64,000 nt of DNA. It comes from Dehalococcoidia bacterium (GTDB lineage Bacteria > Chloroflexota > Dehalococcoidia > Plut-88900). Within the stretch, counting starts at the first letter, position 1. The number at the start of each line of letters is the position of its first letter. The stretch lies in assembly GCA_965197675.1 (NCBI GenBank), contig OZ240221.1:280095-344094 (forward strand). The letters are read 5' to 3'. Below the pieces are notes generated by a model that worked only from the letters and a program-made list of their open reading frames with translations, was not told the DNA's origin and did not search any database. The position numbers and the translations under genes are program-made. Shown piece by piece: positions 58,801-64,000 of the stretch.

Positions 58801-59302
58801 ATGCCAAAGACCCTGGCGGCTGCCCTGATTGGACGAAGGCCCCGGCTTCGGCGAGGCACCTGAGACATCTCCTCTCCGGTATGCGCGTGAGACCGTGGAG
58901 CGTGTCGTGGTCACGGCGGTGTGGTTATGACTACCAATCTAGCCACTTTCGTTTGTGCCGGCAAGAGCGCAAAGTTGGAGAAACACTCTCTCTAAAAGCT
59001 AACAAAATGCCGTCCAAATTACCTCACCAAGAAGTGTGATTAGGCACTTACCAAACCGATAGAGAGCCGCTACCGTTTTCATGGGAATGTGCGTAAGAAG
59101 AATGACAAGGTAAGCGGAATCACAGGCTGCAACTCTACCTGCGGACAGCGGAGGAGGTCGTAGGCTCCGCTCATCCCGCCTGTGCGAGGGAGGCGTTCAC
59201 ATGGTTCTCGACAGACCGGTCCATGCAGCTGATGCGGCGAACGGCCCGGCGGCCCCTGCCGTCGCTTTACACGTTGCGCAAGGGTCCGCCGTCCACGGCA
59301 AC

Positions 59303-60418
59303 CTAGCACAGACGTCCCCCCCCCGATTTTGCCTGGGCTAGCCGGAGGTAAGTCATGACCACCTCCACGTCAGTCACCTCGTGAGATTGGACAGACGGGC
59401 AATTTCCGTCAATCCTGACAATGGAGCTCAGTTTGAACTCTAGCGCAATACGCAGATTGTCGCCAAAGTGAGGGTTGTCGTATCCCTCCGCCGCAACATC
59501 GCATGTCCAATTGGACTCAACAAGGGCCTCGCCGCCGCCTATGTCAATAGCTTGCTCAATGCTGTGAAGGACCACTTCTTCGACAATATCAAACTCTACG
59601 AAGAGGTAGGTACCGCCAACTTCAAGAATCTCGGGATTCTCATGGATCCAATCGGTCGCTTTCAGTAAGACTGAATCACTGGAAGTAGTGAAGTCGTCTA
59701 TTTGACCACCCTGAATAGCAACACTGAGCCATTCGATAGGTGGTAGCTTTCCGGAGACGAATGTGTCAACTACGTCTTGGAGAGCAGGCCGAACAACAAT
59801 TGAATCAGGAGGGAGGCCAGCATCCACAAGCTCAGCCATCAAGCCTTCCTGCATCTTCTTCTTCTCTTTGTCCCAGAATGCTCCATCATTCGACACCAAG
59901 GTGACCCTCGCGCCGGAACCGACATCCTTGATTGCACACTCCTTTGCCGTTAACCATATGAGTGTATCCCGTACCCCGCGGTCATTATCTCGAAAAGGCA
60001 ATTGAACTCTTATGGGCCGCTGGGCGAGTTCTTTAGGGGACGTTGACGGATACTTGAGAATGCGTCCCTCATTGTCTAGTTGCTGTATTCTCTGTTCAAA
60101 TCGATCCAAGACACCTTGCCTCTGGTCTGCATCTATCATGAAATCGACTGAGTACGGTTCCACCCCTCTGAGTCCAGCATATTTGCGACGCACTCCATCT
60201 GCAGCTTTGACTGTTGCATCTAATCGTTCTTCGACATGGTTCCGCAGCTCGTCCACAACGACCTCCGGAACCACCAGCCGTATATCAGTCTGGCTCTCAG
60301 CAGCGAGTATAGTCTTTATCAGCGGTTTCTCAAGAAATGGATCTGAGAACAAGACGTTTGTGTCCGGTATAACCAACAAGGTGGTCGACCTCCGCAGCCG
60401 TCTTCGGCTGTTATTCAC
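59303..60418 (-). CDS. PIN-domain protein (DUF4935/PIN_12-like)
   Basis: VIPDTNVL, VPEVVVDEL, RDTLIWLT, LVSND acidic quartet. Confidence 0.85.
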   Translation of the reverse strand: MNNSRRRLRRSTTLLVIPDTNVLFSDPFLEKPLIKTILAAESQTDIRLVVPEVVVDELRNHVEERLDATVKAADGVRRKYAGLRGVEPYSVDFMIDADQRQGVLDRFEQRIQQLDNEGRILKYPSTSPKELAQRPIRVQLPFRDNDRGVRDTLIWLTAKECAIKDVGSGARVTLVSNDGAFWDKEKKKMQEGLMAELVDAGLPPDSIVVRPALQDVVDTFVSGKLPPIEWLSVAIQGGQIDDFTTSSDSVLLKATDWIHENPEILEVGGTYLFVEFDIVEEVVLHSIEQAIDIGGGEALVESNWTCDVAAEGYDNPHFGDNLRIALEFKLSSIVRIDGNCPSVQSHEVTDVEVVMTYLRLAQAKSGGGRLC

Positions 60419-60448
60419 CTAGCTGAAAGTTGGAGAGTCTGGCTGAAC

Positions 60449-63400
60449 CTACACTTCCCGATGTTCAGGTGATGTATCGACGAAGGACCCACCCAGATTG
60501 TCCATCGGGGCATTTCGGACCTCAGGAAATGGGTCTGCTGATGCGATTTGCAACCAATGCGTGACAGCAGGACTGCAACCAAAGCCAGCTTGTGACATTG
60601 ATGATGCCAGCTGTGCGCATCGCCAGCGCAAGTTTGGGACATCATTGTCACCATGCTCCCCGTCATATCGGAGTTCTTCCGCCAGGTAGTCGAGGCCCTC
60701 CAGAATGAAATTAAGGATGATGTCCTGCATTTCGCCGCTTCCTTCATCGAACACTTGCTTTGCGACCAGCAGGGCCTCCGAGAGCGACTCTTTTCTTCGT
60801 GCGGCAATGATCAGTCCTAGTTCGCGGAGTATGTCCTCGGGTGGACTTTGTACCAACGAATCTGAGTTGATTGACAGATGCATCCAAGCAGCCAAGCCTG
60901 ATAGCGCTCCGGAAGCCATGTCATGACTGCCTGACGCCAGCCCCGTTCTTAACCAGGAAGCCATTTCACTTGCGCGATGAGGTATGACTCGAACCAGACT
61001 GCCAATAGGCCCGAAAGCTGGAGTGCCGGATTCGGTGAGCGTCTTGAGCTTTCGGAATAGTGTTTCGCCGACAGGTGCTGGAATCTCGATCCGAGATAGA
61101 ATCGGCCCTAGCGCCTCAAGCGCCCAGAGTGAATATCTTCGCAGTTCGAACTGCATTGCAATATCGGTGTGAGTATTGACACTGGCCTTCGCCCACTGCG
61201 AAACCAAGTCGATAACATGCTCGCGTTCTGCGTCGGTAAGATCGAACGAACTTCCGCGGGCTCGCAATTCAGCGATGGCACCTCCCAAATGCCAGAGTGC
61301 GTCCTCTAGGTGAGTCGGGTTGTTTGGAGAAGAGCCAAGACTCACACTGACGGTCCCACCAGAATCAGATACATCATGCCTAGACTTGACTGCATCACAG
61401 GTAAGCCACCTGCCACGGAATCGCCGGTCTGCAAGTCGAGGTTCAGGTTCGGGTAATACTAGAAACGCCCAATCATAGAGGGACGTGGCCGTGGGTAGAC
61501 CGTCGGCAGGAACGTACTCAGCTGCCCAGAGTGCGTCGGACACTTCGGACACTTCAGCCACGGTCAGAAGTCCCTCGATCGCCATGGGAGCAAGCCTGTT
61601 AGCCGCTCGTTTGCGGGCTTCTCCACCGGCACGTAGGGCGCGTATCAATAAATCGACGACATCCTGCCACTGCGCCTCGTTGTCATCACTACGGTCTGGA
61701 AGCCGTATTCCAGAGTCTCCGCTCACAATTTCACCAGGATCTGGATAGTGTTCCGCGACCTGCACTGTGAAGCCGTCCAAGCCGACGATCGGCGCTCCCA
61801 ATAGATCGAGCGCTCTATTCGTTCGTTGGTTCTGGGGGAGACATTTCCAAGTCCTCTTGAGTAGGTCGTGTAGTGGAGGGCCGATCCATGCATGAGACAT
61901 AACCCGATGCTGTCCATTGCGATATGCCTCTAATGCGTAGTCGAACTTTTCAAGTGCGGAGTCAGACTCTAGCCTTGAGACGAGACGGGACATTACCTCC
62001 ATTGCAACCCGAATACGCTCTACCCATCCTCTGGGTAGACTGTAGTCGATCACTCTTATGCAGTCCTTCACCAGCCTTTGAACGGCATCGTCCGGCAATA
62101 GAGCTAGGTGGTTACGGGACAGGACTCGCATGAGTAATTTGTCTTTGTCATATGTACAGGACCTCAGAACAAGACGTATTGCGAGTTCCGCGTTGGAGTT
62201 CACAAGGTGTTCTGCGGCCAGTTGCAGGATGTCAGCGCCGGTGGCACGAGGCGGGAACGCCTGGGGAGTAGCGGCTGGGAGGCCGGCGACTTCGGAAAGC
62301 CGGATTGCTCTGAAGGCGGGTGCAAGTCTATCGCCGGTTTCGAAGCGCATGCTCCACCCACCCCGAACAGTGCCAAGGTCGAAAGGTGGTGGAGTACTCG
62401 AATCGCCTTTGCTTGCCAGTGCTCTGGAAATCCCAGCCATCTCAGCAGAAGCATCACATTTGCGTGACGCCAGTTCGTTCCATCTCTTGGATACTTCCGA
62501 TTGGCTCTCAAAGTCAATAGTGGACCACAACGCCCACCCCTCTCGTGACGGTCCTGCGACACTGCGGTCATCAACTGGGAACCGGCGGATGTGTGCAATC
62601 GCCTGCTCGGTCAACATTACGGCCTCTTCATCACGACCGGCTTCGCTGAGCAAAGCCCCCTTTCGGAGCATCCAGATAGGATCGCAGTTCTCTGTACTCC
62701 AGTTTGAGAGCAGGCCATCTAGTGCCTCGAAATCCAAGTACCATGCTGCCCACAAACAACGCTCATGCTGAACGCGGTGGCCCACATCAGGGTTGTCATC
62801 GCGAAACTGCTCCACATCCTCGATCCGCTGAATGAACATGCTTTCGTCAAACCGGTGTCGGGCGACTGTTACAAGCGTCAGCGCGATTTCCCGCCAAGCC
62901 TCTCTGATCTGCGACGACACCTTATGCGATTCAGCTGTGCCATTGTCCAGCTGAGTATTGCCAATCGCAGACACAGCATCCTGCGCGGCCGATTCTAGCT
63001 CGGAGGATATTGGCTCTACGGTGATCTCATGGCGCCATACTAATTCGCGGATAGCGCCAAGTCGCTCGACCATTGACAGACTGTTCAGGACTTGGAGAAT
63101 TCGGGGCTGCCATGCGCGAGTCCTACTAATCAGTGGACCTCTCGCTTCGAGCGGTGCTACTAGCCAACCCGGATAGAGGTTTCGGTTCTTTGTCCAGATA
63201 GTCAATAGCTCTCGAGTAGAGTCCTCGACGCTCCGTGAGTCACCAGAAGTGGGCGGAGACCATGGTTCTGCAATTGGGTTGTCCCAGGTGACCACTTCTA
63301 CCGGTTTGAAATGAACCGGGAGTTCGGGGAGGCTCTGGTCAGCTGGAGTTGGCCAATACGCGACGTCATAAGGACGGCCGCCCTCCAAGGAGCGTAGAAT

Positions 63401-64000
63401 CCAGTCCGTCGCATACCTATGATGCAGAAGCTCGGGCCAGTGAGCGGCCTTCGGATGCCGTGCAAGGTCAATGGCAAACACATTACGAGCCTCGAGGCAG
63501 GCTCGTTGATCGTCAGAGAGTTCCAGCCATCCAGCTAGGTATATTCTCGGAGCTGACTCACCAAGATTGTCGTGCACCCATGTGGACCACTTCACGAAGT
63601 TCGGGTCACTCCCAGAGAATCCGATCAAACAGAAGACGGTTTCCATCATCGCCTGCTGTACCGTGTTGACGAAGGGGGCATGATGATCCCGGTACGCGCG
63701 ATAGTCTTCTTCGGCAACCACCAGGGGATAGTGGCCGTCGAGAGAACCGTGCAGCTTGACAATTCTAGGCTGGGGCGAGAGGGGGATCTCATCCTTATTG
63801 TGCACAACACTGTAGGGACGCTCAGGTACAGATTGGCGGGTGCGCTCCATCAGAGTGTCCCAGTTCGTTGTGAATACGTCCCGCCATGGAAGCTTAAGCA
63901 ATCGCCTATGGAACCCTCCAGGATTGGAGTCTTCATGTCGCACCTGTTGCTGCAAGAACAGATGCAAGCTGCTCCGCCCAAAGGTGTCCTTGCACTCTTG
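60449..64000 (-). CDS. SIR2-domain defence-associated sirtuin, Dsr1-like (5' end outside window)
   Basis: LPWRDVFTTNWDTL, IVKLHGS, APFVNTVQQAMMETVFCLIGFSG.DPNF..W, then a long helical region; frame open to the window edge. Confidence 0.85.
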   Translation of the reverse strand, partial: QECKDTFGRSSLHLFLQQQVRHEDSNPGGFHRRLLKLPWRDVFTTNWDTLMERTRQSVPERPYSVVHNKDEIPLSPQPRIVKLHGSLDGHYPLVVAEEDYRAYRDHHAPFVNTVQQAMMETVFCLIGFSGSDPNFVKWSTWVHDNLGESAPRIYLAGWLELSDDQRACLEARNVFAIDLARHPKAAHWPELLHHRYATDWILRSLEGGRPYDVAYWPTPADQSLPELPVHFKPVEVVTWDNPIAEPWSPPTSGDSRSVEDSTRELLTIWTKNRNLYPGWLVAPLEARGPLISRTRAWQPRILQVLNSLSMVERLGAIRELVWRHEITVEPISSELESAAQDAVSAIGNTQLDNGTAESHKVSSQIREAWREIALTLVTVARHRFDESMFIQRIEDVEQFRDDNPDVGHRVQHERCLWAAWYLDFEALDGLLSNWSTENCDPIWMLRKGALLSEAGRDEEAVMLTEQAIAHIRRFPVDDRSVAGPSREGWALWSTIDFESQSEVSKRWNELASRKCDASAEMAGISRALASKGDSSTPPPFDLGTVRGGWSMRFETGDRLAPAFRAIRLSEVAGLPAATPQAFPPRATGADILQLAAEHLVNSNAELAIRLVLRSCTYDKDKLLMRVLSRNHLALLPDDAVQRLVKDCIRVIDYSLPRGWVERIRVAMEVMSRLVSRLESDSALEKFDYALEAYRNGQHRVMSHAWIGPPLHDLLKRTWKCLPQNQRTNRALDLLGAPIVGLDGFTVQVAEHYPDPGEIVSGDSGIRLPDRSDDNEAQWQDVVDLLIRALRAGGEARKRAANRLAPMAIEGLLTVAEVSEVSDALWAAEYVPADGLPTATSLYDWAFLVLPEPEPRLADRRFRGRWLTCDAVKSRHDVSDSGGTVSVSLGSSPNNPTHLEDALWHLGGAIAELRARGSSFDLTDAEREHVIDLVSQWAKASVNTHTDIAMQFELRRYSLWALEALGPILSRIEIPAPVGETLFRKLKTLTESGTPAFGPIGSLVRVIPHRASEMASWLRTGLASGSHDMASGALSGLAAWMHLSINSDSLVQSPPEDILRELGLIIAARRKESLSEALLVAKQVFDEGSGEMQDIILNFILEGLDYLAEELRYDGEHGDNDVPNLRWRCAQLASSMSQAGFGCSPAVTHWLQIASADPFPEVRNAPMDNLGGSFVDTSPEHREV

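Larger units (their letters stand above)
50917..64000. mobile_element. Putative decaying genomic island at tRNA-Ala
   Basis: Abrupt switch to orphans, fragments, GC-rich adhesin DNA and defence genes; no integrase seen in the window. Confidence 0.55.

Overview
Bacterial chromosomal window. Gene content and the GGGGGCACATCCCCCA-type intergenic repeats suggest Chloroflexota/Dehalococcoidia (inference). From 1 to ~50.9 kb it is mostly housekeeping: rpoD, ffh, holB-lysA, hspR-grpE-dnaK, rpmH-rnpA-yidD-(beta-propeller lipoprotein)-yidC-jag, cmk-glmS, a DtxR-family/bfd/bfr/Fe3+-ABC iron locus, a beta-CASP nuclease coupled to SbcC/Rad50, an acoABC-like operon, tRNA-Pro and tRNA-Ala. A small accessory block after dnaK holds a selA relic and a split SF1 helicase-nuclease with a Z-alpha-like N-terminus. 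At least seven copies of a modular palindromic repeat occur, with both empty and filled alleles visible. After tRNA-Ala lies a decaying island with gene fragments, a GC-rich frameshifted Calx-beta/FN3 surface protein and a Dsr1-like sirtuin followed by a PIN protein. The best candidates for undescribed biology are the Z-alpha-like helicase-nuclease, the beta-CASP/Rad50 pair without SbcD, the nested ~23-nt micro-elements, and the sirtuin-PIN pair. All calls come from reading motifs by eye; no database searches were run.
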